The translations under genes were made by a program, and so were the position numbers. From a virus (lineage: Duplodnaviria > Caudoviricetes), in IMG/VR virus record IMGVR_UViG_2882837327_000005, positions 39,211-103,210 of that record: a stretch of DNA of 64,000 nt. One strand, 5' to 3'. The notes below the pieces were generated by a model. That model was not told where the DNA came from, did no database searches, and saw nothing but the letters and a program-made list of their open reading frames with translations. Positions 38,749-46,900 of this stretch are shown here, piece after piece (position 1 is the first letter of the stretch; every line of letters starts with the position of its first letter).

Positions 38749-38810
38749 CCTCAGCCGCGCCATCTCGGTGCGGCGCGCCCAGCCGGCGGCGTGTTTCGCC
38801 GGCGAAGAGG
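38749..38810 (+). ncRNA. Variant type III hammerhead-like element 1 (G3-C8, G15.1-C16.1)
   Basis: CCTC-A-GCCGCGCC(atctc)GGTGCGGC-GCGCCCA-GCCGGCG(gcgtgttt)CGCCGGC-GAA-GAGG. Confidence 0.7.
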
Positions 38811-38818
38811 ACATACCA

Positions 38819-40006
38819 ATGCCCGACACCAACATCATGGACACGAACACCGGCCGCATCGGCGCACGCAGCGTCGATGTCAGCAGGGGCGCCCTGGACG
38901 GCTCTGTGAGCAGCCAGTGGTTCGCCCGGCCCGATGACCAGCGCTTCCTGACCCTCGAAGGCCTCTTGGCCTCCGTGGAGCAGCGCAGAGAGCGCAGCAT
39001 CGTGAACACCCTCGACACCCGTTCCATCGGGGTGCGGGGCAGCAGGGAGGATGAAACCCTCCTGCAGCTCATCACCCCGGACGGGATGATCGCCCCCAAC
39101 AACTGGTCCTTCGGCCAACTCTGCTCCCGCGTTGGCGCGCCTGCGGGCTTCCTGCGCACGCTTCGGCTGGCGCCGGCGGTCCTGCAGGAGCGTCTCGAGC
39201 GCTCGGATGCCGAGCAGCTGAAGTTCATGCGCACCATCAATCCCGACGGGACCGAGGTCGCTGAACTCCGCGCCGTCACCGGCGTGGATTATGGCCGGGT
39301 GTGGGACGAGGAGGTGGTTCGCGCTGTCATGGGCATCGCCAGCGATGGCACCTGGAAGGTTCCGGGCGTCATCAACTGGGGTAAGGGCACCTACGACCCT
39401 TCGGCGCCGGTCAGCAGCGAGAGCACCACGCTCTACGCCTCGGACCGCGACGTGTTCATGTTCCTGTGCCGCGACGAGTACCCGATCGAGGTCGGGAAGC
39501 TCCGCAACGGCGACCCTGACTACATGTTCCCGGGCTTCATCGTCTCCAACTCGGAGACGGGATCCCGGGCGCTGACCATCGAGACGATGTATCTCCGCGC
39601 CGTCTGCATGAACCGCAACCTCTGGGGTGTGGAGAACAAGCAGACCGTCCGGATGCGTCACTCCAAGGGGCTGCCCTCCCGCTTCGCGGCGGAGGCCGGC
39701 CCCACCCTGCGCCAGTTCAGCCAGGCCTCCGCGTCCGCGGTCGCACAGAAGGTGATCGCGGCGAAGGGCACCATCATCGGCAAGGACGATGATGAGGTGA
39801 AGGATTTCATCCGGAAGCAGGACTTCAGCATCAAGTCGACCGAGCAAATCATGGCCTCGGTCTACGGTGAGGAAGGCCATCCGGCCCGGTCCGTGTGGGA
39901 TGTCGTCCAAGGCATCACCGCGAAGGCCCGGGAGATCCGGCACCAGGATGAACGCGTGGACATGGAGCGCAAGGCCGGCGCGCTGATGAACAGGATCAAG
40001 GTCTGA
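38819..40006 (+). CDS. DUF932-like protein
   Basis: VSSQWFARPDDQRFL, TTLYASDRDVF, NSETG, VCMNRNLWG; ATG follows GAGGA of element 1. Confidence 0.75.
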   Translation: MPDTNIMDTNTGRIGARSVDVSRGALDGSVSSQWFARPDDQRFLTLEGLLASVEQRRERSIVNTLDTRSIGVRGSREDETLLQLITPDGMIAPNNWSFGQLCSRVGAPAGFLRTLRLAPAVLQERLERSDAEQLKFMRTINPDGTEVAELRAVTGVDYGRVWDEEVVRAVMGIASDGTWKVPGVINWGKGTYDPSAPVSSESTTLYASDRDVFMFLCRDEYPIEVGKLRNGDPDYMFPGFIVSNSETGSRALTIETMYLRAVCMNRNLWGVENKQTVRMRHSKGLPSRFAAEAGPTLRQFSQASASAVAQKVIAAKGTIIGKDDDEVKDFIRKQDFSIKSTEQIMASVYGEEGHPARSVWDVVQGITAKAREIRHQDERVDMERKAGALMNRIKV

Positions 40007-40040
40007 CACCCGGGCCCGGGGGCTTCACAGCTCCCGGGCC

Positions 40041-40102
40041 TTTCTCGTCACCCCATCACGGGGTGGCCCGCCGAGCGCCCCCGGATCGGGGCGCGAAAGG
40101 AA
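40041..40102 (+). ncRNA. Hammerhead-like element 2 (C3-G8, A15.1-U16.1, CUC triplet)
   Basis: TTTCT-C-GTCACCCC(atcac)GGGGTGGC-CCGCCGA-GCGCCCC(cggatc)GGGGCGC-GAA-AGGAA. Confidence 0.75.
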
Positions 40103-40109
40103 TGCGACA

Positions 40110-40445
40110 ATGCAAACCGAACAGGAAACACCCGCGGCACCGGCAGAGCCGGAGACCGAGGCGAACCCCTACCGGTTCGAAATGAGCTTCCAGCCCGCAC
40201 AGGCAGCCATCTATCTGCTCGCTCGGGTCGCCGATGGCGATTTCGTCGATTGCATCGAGGCCCGCGAGGCTCTCGCCCGCTGGAAGAGCTGTCTCGCCAC
40301 GGAAGCCAACGCCGACGCCATCGAACAGCTGTCCTCCGACGAGGTGGAGTTCGACGACCATGGCGTTGCCGTGGTCGAGGCCGACGGCGGCTACTGGATA
40401 CAGGGCTGGCTGTGGGTTGAGCAGGAGGCTGAGAATGCCGACTGA
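40110..40445 (+). CDS. Hypothetical acidic early protein
   Basis: 111 aa directly after element 2. Confidence 0.65.
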   Translation: MQTEQETPAAPAEPETEANPYRFEMSFQPAQAAIYLLARVADGDFVDCIEAREALARWKSCLATEANADAIEQLSSDEVEFDDHGVAVVEADGGYWIQGWLWVEQEAENAD

Positions 40446-40689
40446 CCTCACCGCCGAATGCCTGGCTGGCTACGACGCCCCGAAGGGCGCGGCCTGCCCC
40501 TATATGTTCAGCAGTTCATCCTGGCTCGCCTGGATGGCTGGCAGGCGGGTTGCCGGAATGTCCCGACCCACCGCGTGCCGATCCAGCCGCGGTTACTCCG
40601 TCCGCATTAAAACCGCTGGCGGCTCTCAGGTACTCGTCGCCTTCGCGGGCCCGGACCTCACCGAGATCACGATGGACCGGGCGCCATGA
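40435..40689 (+). CDS. Hypothetical protein
   Basis: AGGAGG RBS; MPTDLTAEC... Confidence 0.55.
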   Translation: MPTDLTAECLAGYDAPKGAACPYMFSSSSWLAWMAGRRVAGMSRPTACRSSRGYSVRIKTAGGSQVLVAFAGPDLTEITMDRAP

Positions 40690-40880
40690 AACGCGCCGAC
40701 GCCCTCAATGCGATCCGCGCCGCCGGCGCACAAGGCGACCAGCAAGCGTTCATGCGGCTCTACGTCGAGAACCGCGTCAGCAAAAGTGCGGCTGACGCTG
40801 CCTGGCGGGAGGGCCAGAATCTGGCCCGCTTCGTCAAACAGCGCGACGCCAAGGAGGTGTCTCGTGACCCAGTCGCCTGA
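40686..40880 (+). CDS. Hypothetical protein
   Basis: 64 aa, coupled (ATGA). Confidence 0.55.
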   Translation: MKRADALNAIRAAGAQGDQQAFMRLYVENRVSKSAADAAWREGQNLARFVKQRDAKEVSRDPVA

Positions 40881-41079
40881 CCTCTCCACCGTCGCCACCC
40901 GCACCCCGGCCACGACCTGGGACGGGAAGCACGACGTGCTCCCCTCCGCCCGGGCCCAGTTCCGGGGCAGCGATGTCCCGCCTGAGGCCTTCCGCGCTCC
41001 TGCCAACTTTGCGGCCAACGCCGCACTGGTCGGCCTGTGGAAGATCATCGGCGACTTCACGGTCCGGCACCGCCGCTGA
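40864..41079 (+). CDS. Hypothetical protein
   Basis: AAGGAGGT RBS before GTG 40864. Confidence 0.45.
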   Translation: MTQSPDLSTVATRTPATTWDGKHDVLPSARAQFRGSDVPPEAFRAPANFAANAALVGLWKIIGDFTVRHRR

Positions 41080-41085
41080 CGTGAA

Positions 41086-41337
41086 ATGACGAGGCCCCCT
41101 ATAGAGGTGCGCGTCACCCCATGGGTCAACGTCGAAGGAAACCCGCTCTGGCATGGCTCGCGTATCGCGGCTTACCGGATCTGGATCGAGTTCGACGGAC
41201 GCCACTGGTACCAGTGCCATGAGTGGGAAAACCGCCACGGCAACCGGGAGCGGTGGACCGACAGCTGGATCAACGGTCTCCGTGGCTTTCCGCCACATGC
41301 GACCGTCCCAGCCGCCAGCGATCCCCCGCCACCATAA
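41086..41337 (+). CDS. Hypothetical Trp-rich protein
   Basis: 83 aa; stop directly before a hairpin and element 3. Confidence 0.45.
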   Translation: MTRPPIEVRVTPWVNVEGNPLWHGSRIAAYRIWIEFDGRHWYQCHEWENRHGNRERWTDSWINGLRGFPPHATVPAASDPPPP

Positions 41338-41359
41338 CCGCCGCCCCTCCGGGGGCGGC

Positions 41360-41423
41360 TCCTCCGTCGCCCCATCCTGGGGCGGCGCGCCCAGCCGGCG
41401 GCGTGTCTCGCCGGCGAAGAGGA
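41360..41423 (+). ncRNA. Hammerhead-like element 3 (G3-C8)
   Basis: TCCTC-C-GTCGCCCC(atcct)GGGGCGGC-GCGCCCA-GCCGGCG(gcgtgtct)CGCCGGC-GAA-GAGGA. Confidence 0.7.
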
Positions 41424-41431
41424 ACACCACC

Positions 41432-41857
41432 ATGCCGATCGCGAAGCGGTGCAGAAAATGCACAGGTTCGAATTGCGGTGCGGAAGCCACAGCAAATTGG
41501 GATGTCGAGAGCCAAAGCTGGGTCCTGGGCACGCTCCACACCAACACCTGGTGTGACGCCTGCGAATACGATGACCCCGGTCTGGTCGATGTCGAAGTCA
41601 GCGAGAACCTGGTCGAGGACTTCCAGCTCGAGATCTGGCGCGGCGACGACAACGAAGGGCCCATCACCCGCATCGTTGTTGCCTGCGTGCTGTTCGACCC
41701 GGAGGAAGCTGGCATCTCCTGCCCGAAGCACGTCTTCGAGGAGGAAGCCGACATCACCCGGCTGCTGACCATCGCCCGACAGAGCGAGCGCAGCGACCCG
41801 TTCGACGACAAGCTCCCCAGCGACGAAGCCATCATCACGGCCGCGCTGAACCTCTGA
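41432..41857 (+). CDS. Zinc-ribbon hypothetical protein
   Basis: CRKC...WCDAC; ATG after element 3 RBS. Confidence 0.65.
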   Translation: MPIAKRCRKCTGSNCGAEATANWDVESQSWVLGTLHTNTWCDACEYDDPGLVDVEVSENLVEDFQLEIWRGDDNEGPITRIVVACVLFDPEEAGISCPKHVFEEEADITRLLTIARQSERSDPFDDKLPSDEAIITAALNL

Positions 41858-41881
41858 CCTGGGGCGGCCCTGCGCCGCCCC

Positions 41882-41939
41882 CCTCGTCGCCCCATCATGG
41901 GGTGGCCCGCCGAGCACCCCCGGATTGGGGTGCGAAAGG
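41882..41939 (+). ncRNA. Hammerhead-like element 4 (C3-G8)
   Basis: CCT-C-GTCGCCCC(atcat)GGGGTGGC-CCGCCGA-GCACCCC(cggatt)GGGGTGC-GAA-AGG. Confidence 0.75.
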
Positions 41940-41948
41940 ACCGAACCT

Positions 41949-43100
41949 ATGTTCGACAACGCTTTCAAGGACAATATCGTCGGCGCCGTGAGCTGCGATG
42001 CGCAGTTCCTCCGGGCGGCCTTGGATAAGGCCTTCCTGGCGGTGAATGCGAAGCTGAAGGTCCCTGCCCTGCACCATGTGCTGGTCAGGAACGACAAGCT
42101 CTACGCCACCGACATGGAGATGATGATCTTCGTCGATCTGCCCCCGGGCAGCTGCTCCGGCTCCGCGTTCCTGACTGACCCCGAGCGCCTCCTCGCCATC
42201 CTCAAGACTGCGGATGGCCGCATCACGGTCGAGGGCCGACGCCAGGATGTGAAGGACGGCGACGCCATCTGCTCCATCTTGGTGCGGGCCGGCGATGCGT
42301 CGATCTGGTCACCCAGTTGCCCGGTGGAAGACTTCCCGGCGCTCGATCGTCTCAAGGAGGCGAAGGAGCGACTTACCCTCACGGCCGAGCAACTCGCGCT
42401 CGCCTTCAGCTGCGTCGCCCCGGCGATCAGCACTGAGGCAACCCGCTACTATCTGAACGGCATCTGCTTCGACATGAGGAGCGAGCCGGCGGGATTCACG
42501 ATGGCGGCCACCGATGGCCACCGTCTCGCGACCTTCGACTTCCCTGTCGAGCCCAAGGTCGCCATGAAGCCCATCATCCCGAAGCTGGCCATCACGTCGC
42601 TGCAGAAGCTGCTCAAGGGCAGCCGCAGCGACGTGCTGCTGAAGATCGGCGACACAAGGGCAGAGTTCTCCTCTGCCGACTGGGCGCTGACGACGAAGCT
42701 CATCGACGGCAGCTTCCCCGAATACGGTCGGGTGGCTGCCACCAGCTTGGAAAGCAAGGGCACGGCCAATTGGGTCGTGTCCGCTGACAAGGCGGCCTTC
42801 GCCAGCACGCTGGCAAGGGTCCATATCCAGGGAAAAAGCGCCCCGGTGAAGCTCACCTCGTCCGGCGAGCTGGTCAGCGGCAATCAGGTTGATGGCCAGG
42901 CCAGCGCGCCCATCTCCGGCGCTCTTATCACGGGCGTCCCTCAGGATGTGGGCTTCAATGGGAAGTACTTCGCCGAGGCGCTGAAGAGCGCCCCGGGCGA
43001 CCGTATCTCCCTTTTCTTCCAGGATCCGGGTGGGCCCTTCTTGCTGAAGGTGCCCGGCCGGGATGACTGGAGCACTACGCTCATGCCCCTGCGGTTGTGA
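41949..43100 (+). CDS. dnaN: Phage-encoded DNA polymerase III beta clamp homologue
   Basis: ATDME, STEATRYYLNG, ATDGHRL, LIDGSFPEY, GFNGKYF, LMPLRL. Confidence 0.9.
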   Translation: MFDNAFKDNIVGAVSCDAQFLRAALDKAFLAVNAKLKVPALHHVLVRNDKLYATDMEMMIFVDLPPGSCSGSAFLTDPERLLAILKTADGRITVEGRRQDVKDGDAICSILVRAGDASIWSPSCPVEDFPALDRLKEAKERLTLTAEQLALAFSCVAPAISTEATRYYLNGICFDMRSEPAGFTMAATDGHRLATFDFPVEPKVAMKPIIPKLAITSLQKLLKGSRSDVLLKIGDTRAEFSSADWALTTKLIDGSFPEYGRVAATSLESKGTANWVVSADKAAFASTLARVHIQGKSAPVKLTSSGELVSGNQVDGQASAPISGALITGVPQDVGFNGKYFAEALKSAPGDRISLFFQDPGGPFLLKVPGRDDWSTTLMPLRL

Positions 43101-43128
43101 GCAACCGGCCGAGGGTCATCCCTCGGCC

Positions 43129-43185
43129 TCTCGTCGCCCCATCGCGGGGCGGCCCGCCGAGCGCCCCCGGATGGGGCGCGAAAGG
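43129..43185 (+). ncRNA. Hammerhead-like element 5 (C3-G8)
   Basis: TCT-C-GTCGCCCC(atcgc)GGGGCGGC-CCGCCGA-GCGCCCC(cggat)GGGGCGC-GAA-AGG. Confidence 0.72.
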
Positions 43186-43193
43186 ACAACCCC

Positions 43194-43697
43194 ATGCATC
43201 TTTCCGATGCCATCGCACTTGCGGTCGCGCAGCTGAAGGCTGAGCGCGAAATCGCGGTGGGCTGCTACTTCGCCCCCGGCGCATCCAGGGACGACCTGAG
43301 CAGCCTCGACGACACGGAGCGCGAGCATCTGGCCGGTCTCAATGCCGCTATCAGCGCGCTGGAAACGGCGTGGCCGGTGGCGGTCGAGAAGATCTCGGCC
43401 GGCGCCCACGCCATTGCTAGCCTGGCCGAGAGCCGGCTGGAGGACATGCACGCCGACGCCGAAAGCCGCCACGAGAAGCAGATTTTCCGCTGCACGAACT
43501 ATGTGGCCGCAATCGACCGCGTGCGCGAGTTTCGCGCGGGGCTGGAGCACGTCATGCCCGACCCGCCGCTCTGGGACTACGATGTCCGGGACAGCCTTCG
43601 GCACCATGCCGAGGAACACGGCGTCGACCTGGAAGCAGCGATGACCGCTCACAGCGACACGGGTGAATGCCCGTGCTGCGCCAATCCATCAAAATAG
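43194..43697 (+). CDS. Hypothetical early protein
   Basis: 167 aa after element 5; C-term CPCC. Confidence 0.65.
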   Translation: MHLSDAIALAVAQLKAEREIAVGCYFAPGASRDDLSSLDDTEREHLAGLNAAISALETAWPVAVEKISAGAHAIASLAESRLEDMHADAESRHEKQIFRCTNYVAAIDRVREFRAGLEHVMPDPPLWDYDVRDSLRHHAEEHGVDLEAAMTAHSDTGECPCCANPSK

Positions 43698-43717
43698 GAT
43701 CAAGAACCTATTTATAG

Positions 43718-43746
43718 TTGCAATCGTAGGTATTTATTGGTAATAT
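43718..43746 (+). promoter_or_regulatory. Sigma70-like promoter
   Basis: TTGCAA-17 nt-TAATAT in an AT-rich patch. Confidence 0.55.
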
Positions 43747-43793
43747 TACTTTGTTGGTGAGGAATTAACTTCATCGACATTGGAGAAATACCA

Positions 43794-44021
43794 ATGAAGA
43801 TCGCACTTCCGGCCATTGTGGTATTGGTCGTGGCGGCTTCCCCGCCGGTCGCGCCGGCTCCGATCAAGAGCCTGGACGCGCTGATGGACGAGTTTTCCTC
43901 CGAGTTGGAGAAGCTCGCCCAGATCGAGGACGACGATGCCTTCATGCAAGCCGTCCTCAGCTACCTCTCCCCGCTGCCCGGTCCGCCGGCCAGCTTGGGG
44001 GTGCCCATCTACCCGATGTAG
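43794..44021 (+). CDS. Small protein with signal-peptide-like N-terminus
   Basis: GGAG RBS, MKIALPAIVVLVVAA. Confidence 0.55.
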   Translation: MKIALPAIVVLVVAASPPVAPAPIKSLDALMDEFSSELEKLAQIEDDDAFMQAVLSYLSPLPGPPASLGVPIYPM

Positions 44022-44047
44022 CGCCCCACCGCCCAGCTACTGGGCGG

Positions 44048-44109
44048 TCCTCCGTCACCCATCATGGGTGGCGCGCTCAGCCGGCGGCGCGTTTCGTCGG
44101 CGAAGAGGA
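44048..44109 (+). ncRNA. Hammerhead-like element 6 (G3-C8)
   Basis: TCCTC-C-GTCACCC(atcat)GGGTGGC-GCGCTCA-GCCGGCG(gcgcgttt)CGTCGGC-GAA-GAGGA. Confidence 0.7.
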
Positions 44110-44119
44110 ACCCCACCCT

Positions 44120-44242
44120 ATGGCACCCATCGCCATCCGCCTGGCCGGCATTGTCGGCCGTGCTGTCTGCGCCGCGGCCATCGCCGTCATTGTGACCCGC
44201 AGCAGCCCCGCCCGCCGGCTGGCGCGGCGCGACAACACCTGA
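44120..44242 (+). CDS. 40-aa hydrophobic/basic peptide (not in ORF track)
   Basis: MAPIAIRLAGIVGRAVCAAAIAVIVTRSSPARRLARRDNT; ATG after element 6 RBS. Confidence 0.5.
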   Translation: MAPIAIRLAGIVGRAVCAAAIAVIVTRSSPARRLARRDNT

Positions 44243-44396
44243 TCGAAGCCGCCTCGGGCGGCTGCCGCCCTCCCCCAGGGTGGCCCGTTGAGACAGGGCC
44301 TGGGCACTTCCCTACCCCAACCCAGGATAGACCCATCAGCGGCAACTGAGGGCCTTGCCGGCGCATGCACCCCCGTGCGCCTGGTAGGGCCCTCCC

Positions 44397-44457
44397 CGTC
44401 CGCGGCGCTCACGACGAGCGCCGCCCGCCGACGCCCCCGGTTGAGGGGCAGAAGACG
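44397..44457 (+). ncRNA. Hammerhead-like element 7 (sequence-divergent; C3-G8 with G15.1-C16.1)
   Basis: CGTC-C-GCGGCGCTC(acgac)GAGCGCCGC-CCGCCGA-cGCCCC(cggttga)GGGGCa-GAA-GACG; C-A mismatch at the base of stem II. Confidence 0.55.
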
Positions 44458-44482
44458 CCCCGATCCGGGGATGGAGACATTC

Positions 44483-44773
44483 ATGGAACTCGTTCATGAC
44501 CTGATCGACCCTCGAGAGGTATATTCTCACATCGAGGATGACCGGGTTCGAGAAGCGTGCATCTACGGCCGCCGCAGTGATTACATCACCGTGCACCGGC
44601 AGCGCACGCGCCTGTATGACGCCAGCATCGCCCATCAGAGGCGGCTGGCGAACGATCCGAGAGTTACGGTTGAGGAGCGGCGCATGCTCCTGGAATACAC
44701 CCACTTCCTGCGGAATAATCTGCATGATCCGGACCTGTTCCTGCAGTTCTTGCGCCTCTTCTGGTTGACCTGA
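44483..44773 (+). CDS. Hypothetical protein
   Basis: GGAG RBS; MELVHDLID..., 96 aa. Confidence 0.6.
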   Translation: MELVHDLIDPREVYSHIEDDRVREACIYGRRSDYITVHRQRTRLYDASIAHQRRLANDPRVTVEERRMLLEYTHFLRNNLHDPDLFLQFLRLFWLT

Positions 44774-44801
44774 CTACCCCGCCCGGCCCCCTCCACCGGG
44801 C

Positions 44802-44858
44802 GGCCTCAGCCACCCCCACGGGTGGCGCGTTCAGCGCGGACCACTGCGCGAAGAGGCC
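44802..44858 (+). ncRNA. Hammerhead-like element 8 (G3-C8, U6)
   Basis: GGCCTC-A-GCCACCC(ccac)GGGTGGC-GCGTTCA-GCGCG(gaccac)TGCGC-GAA-GAGGCC. Confidence 0.65.
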
Positions 44859-45085
44859 TACCAGCGAACTCGAGCTGGCGTCGCTCCCCTATACTATTCC
44901 ATCACCAGGGTGAGTTCGGAGCCACCGGCCCCCTGCCCCAGCGAGGCAGGCGCCGCCGCGCACCGTAGCGCGCGGAGAAGGAAAGTCGCCTCGTTCTGGG
45001 CAGCCCGCATCCGTCGTGGACGGTCGCTCTGCAGAAAGCCCTGGAACCGCCGCTTGGCCGCGGCGCGCGAACGAGATCAATTGCC

Positions 45086-45122
45086 ATAGCCCCTGAGACC
45101 AGCCCGGTCTCAGGGGCTATTT
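45086..45122. terminator. Terminator hairpin between the early array and the convergent repressor gene
   Basis: Perfect 15-bp stem ATAGCCCCTGAGACC/GGTCTCAGGGGCTAT. Confidence 0.75.
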
Positions 45123-45872
45123 GTCTTCCAGGATGCTCGCCATGACGACGCGGCCCCGGATCTGGACGCGCATGCCCTCGCTGTCCCACCAGCCGCCGTC
45201 ATAGGGCCACTGCTTCATGGCGATCTGGCCGACATGCGCCTTGTTGTGGGAAGCGAAGACCAGCTTAACGCCGCCGTCGTCTTCCACCTGGATCTGGCGC
45301 ACCGTGACCTCGTGCTTCCCGCTGTCGTTCTTGCGGTGGACCAGCACCCGGTCGCCGTTGGCCAGCGGCCTGACGCCGGGCGTGCCGAAGCCCACGATCG
45401 CGACCACCGTGCCCGGGTGGTAGAAGCCGTTGGCGTGGTCGTCGGTGACGAGGACTGCCTCATCGATCTCGAGCGGCGGCGGGATGGCGAAGTTCTCGTC
45501 GGCACGGCCTGGCACCTCATAGCGCGGCCGCCACTGGCCCGAGGCGGCCTGCACCGTGACGGGAATCACCAGCGCCTGGCGCGAGCTGATGGGCGCCTCG
45601 CCCATGATCTCCGCGACCGTGGCGTTTGCGGCCTTGGCAAGCCGATCCAGCGTGCTGAGGCTCAGCATGCGGGTGTGGCCGTTCAGGAAGTTGTAGATGG
45701 CATTGGGCGTCGGAAGCCCGGCCTCCGTAGCCCAAGATGTTGGTGTGCGATCAGTTTCCGCCATGAAGGTTCGGAGAGCTTTCCGCTTCGCATCGCTGCG
45801 GTCCTCACGCTCCACGCGCGCCGCCGCCTTGCCGCGGGGTTGACGCCCGCTCATCTCGCCGCCAATTGCCAT
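45117..45872 (-). CDS. CI-like prophage repressor (start may be 45854)
   Basis: XRE-like HTH (WATEAGLPTPNAIYNFLNG) plus S24-like C-domain; divergent from a cro-like gene. Confidence 0.75.
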   Translation of the reverse strand: MAIGGEMSGRQPRGKAAARVEREDRSDAKRKALRTFMAETDRTPTSWATEAGLPTPNAIYNFLNGHTRMLSLSTLDRLAKAANATVAEIMGEAPISSRQALVIPVTVQAASGQWRPRYEVPGRADENFAIPPPLEIDEAVLVTDDHANGFYHPGTVVAIVGFGTPGVRPLANGDRVLVHRKNDSGKHEVTVRQIQVEDDGGVKLVFASHNKAHVGQIAMKQWPYDGGWWDSEGMRVQIRGRVVMASILEDK

Positions 45873-45880
45873 GTGTTTTC

Positions 45881-45894
45881 CACATAAAAATGTG
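45881..45894. promoter_or_regulatory. Operator palindrome at the cI/cro junction
   Basis: CACATaaaaATGTG. Confidence 0.75.
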
Positions 45895-45907
45895 ATAGAC
45901 CGGTGTG

Positions 45908-46183
45908 ATGCGACGCAATACCCCGACCGTCAGCGCCCTGCTGAAGCAGCTGGAGGACGAAGCCCTTGCAAGGGGCCTGTCCCGAGCCGAGCTCGCCGCC
46001 CAGGCCAACCTGCACGTCAACACCCTGCGGGGCTTCGGCCAGCAGAACGAGCCGCGACGGGGCGCGGGACGCACTCGCGTCAGGGAGCATCACTGGAATC
46101 CCACGCTGTCTACCATCCTGGCCATCGAGTCCGTATTGGTCCGAAAAGTGGTTCCGTCCTCTAAACCTGTGGTTAAAGCATAA
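45908..46183 (+). CDS. Cro-like HTH regulator
   Basis: GLSRAELAAQANLHVNTLR...WNPTLSTI. Confidence 0.7.
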   Translation: MRRNTPTVSALLKQLEDEALARGLSRAELAAQANLHVNTLRGFGQQNEPRRGAGRTRVREHHWNPTLSTILAIESVLVRKVVPSSKPVVKA

Positions 46184-46187
46184 CTCT

Positions 46188-46718
46188 GTGTCGGGTCCAG
46201 TCCGATTCAAGACAGGAGCCACTTTTCAGCCGCCCGGCGCGCCCGCGGCGCCGCGCCGGAAGCGTTCCTGGAACCGCCATCCTGAATCGGTGATGCAGTC
46301 GAACTGCGTGGAGATCTTCGACCGCGCGGTGCCGGCCGGCACTGCCTTCCTCTACGCGGTGCCGAACGGCGGGCGCCGCGACGGCCTCACAGGCGCCATC
46401 CTGAAGGCCGAGGGTGTGCGGGCCGGCGTGGCCGACCTGGTGCTGATGCTGCCCCGTGGCCGCAGCGTCTACATCGAGATGAAGGTGGGCGGCGGCCAGA
46501 GCATCAGCGGCGTGAAGGTGGCCAAGGGCTACCAGAGCGATACCCAGCAGGGCTTCCAGGCCACCGTGGAAGCCCTGGGCTTCCGCTACGTCATCTGCCG
46601 CTCGGAGGCGGAGTTCGAGGCGCTGCTGATCGAGGAGGGCGTGCCGCTGCGGTTCCGCACGCATGTCGCGGCACGCTCCTCGGCCAAGCCGAGAAGCTCA
46701 TCGGCCGAGATGTCGTAG
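46188..46718 (+). CDS. VRR-NUC domain nuclease
   Basis: AVPNGG, GVRAGVADL, IEMK, QS..Q..F; start uncertain. Confidence 0.8.
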   Translation: MSGPVRFKTGATFQPPGAPAAPRRKRSWNRHPESVMQSNCVEIFDRAVPAGTAFLYAVPNGGRRDGLTGAILKAEGVRAGVADLVLMLPRGRSVYIEMKVGGGQSISGVKVAKGYQSDTQQGFQATVEALGFRYVICRSEAEFEALLIEEGVPLRFRTHVAARSSAKPRSSSAEMS

Positions 46719-46900
46719 ATCTCGCACAGGCGCCGGGTCTGCCAGGCGCTGGGCATGGTGCGTCCATCCTCCACCTTCCACATGGCGACATAGCTGATCC
46801 CCAGGGCGGAGCCGACCTCCTTGAGGGACAGACCGCGCTTCTCGCGCAGCGCCCGTATCCTCGCGGCCAGTTCCGGCCAGGGGCTGCGTTTCGTGCTCAT
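46586..46900 (-). CDS. XRE family HTH regulator
   Basis: IRALREKRGLSLKEVG..LGIS....KVEDG..MPS. Confidence 0.8.
   Translation of the reverse strand: MSTKRSPWPELAARIRALREKRGLSLKEVGSALGISYVAMWKVEDGRTMPSAWQTRRLCEIYDISADELLGLAEERAATCVRNRSGTPSSISSASNSASERQMT

Noticed and set aside
38672-38818. Longer N-terminus for the DUF932-like gene (similar for 41925 and 44288 starts)
   Set aside because: The extension runs through promoter and ribozyme sequence; the RBS points to the downstream ATG.
44262-44300. Possible extra hammerhead copies (GCCGCCCT/AGGGTGGC then CCGTTGA; similar at 51530-51562)
   Set aside because: A stem I and core-like heptamer are present but there is no stem II followed by GAA and no stem III; at most degenerate half copies.
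44940-45050. RNase P RNA, tmRNA or 6S RNA call
   Set aside because: Only a short GAAGGAAAGTC resemblance; the other conserved elements are not seen.
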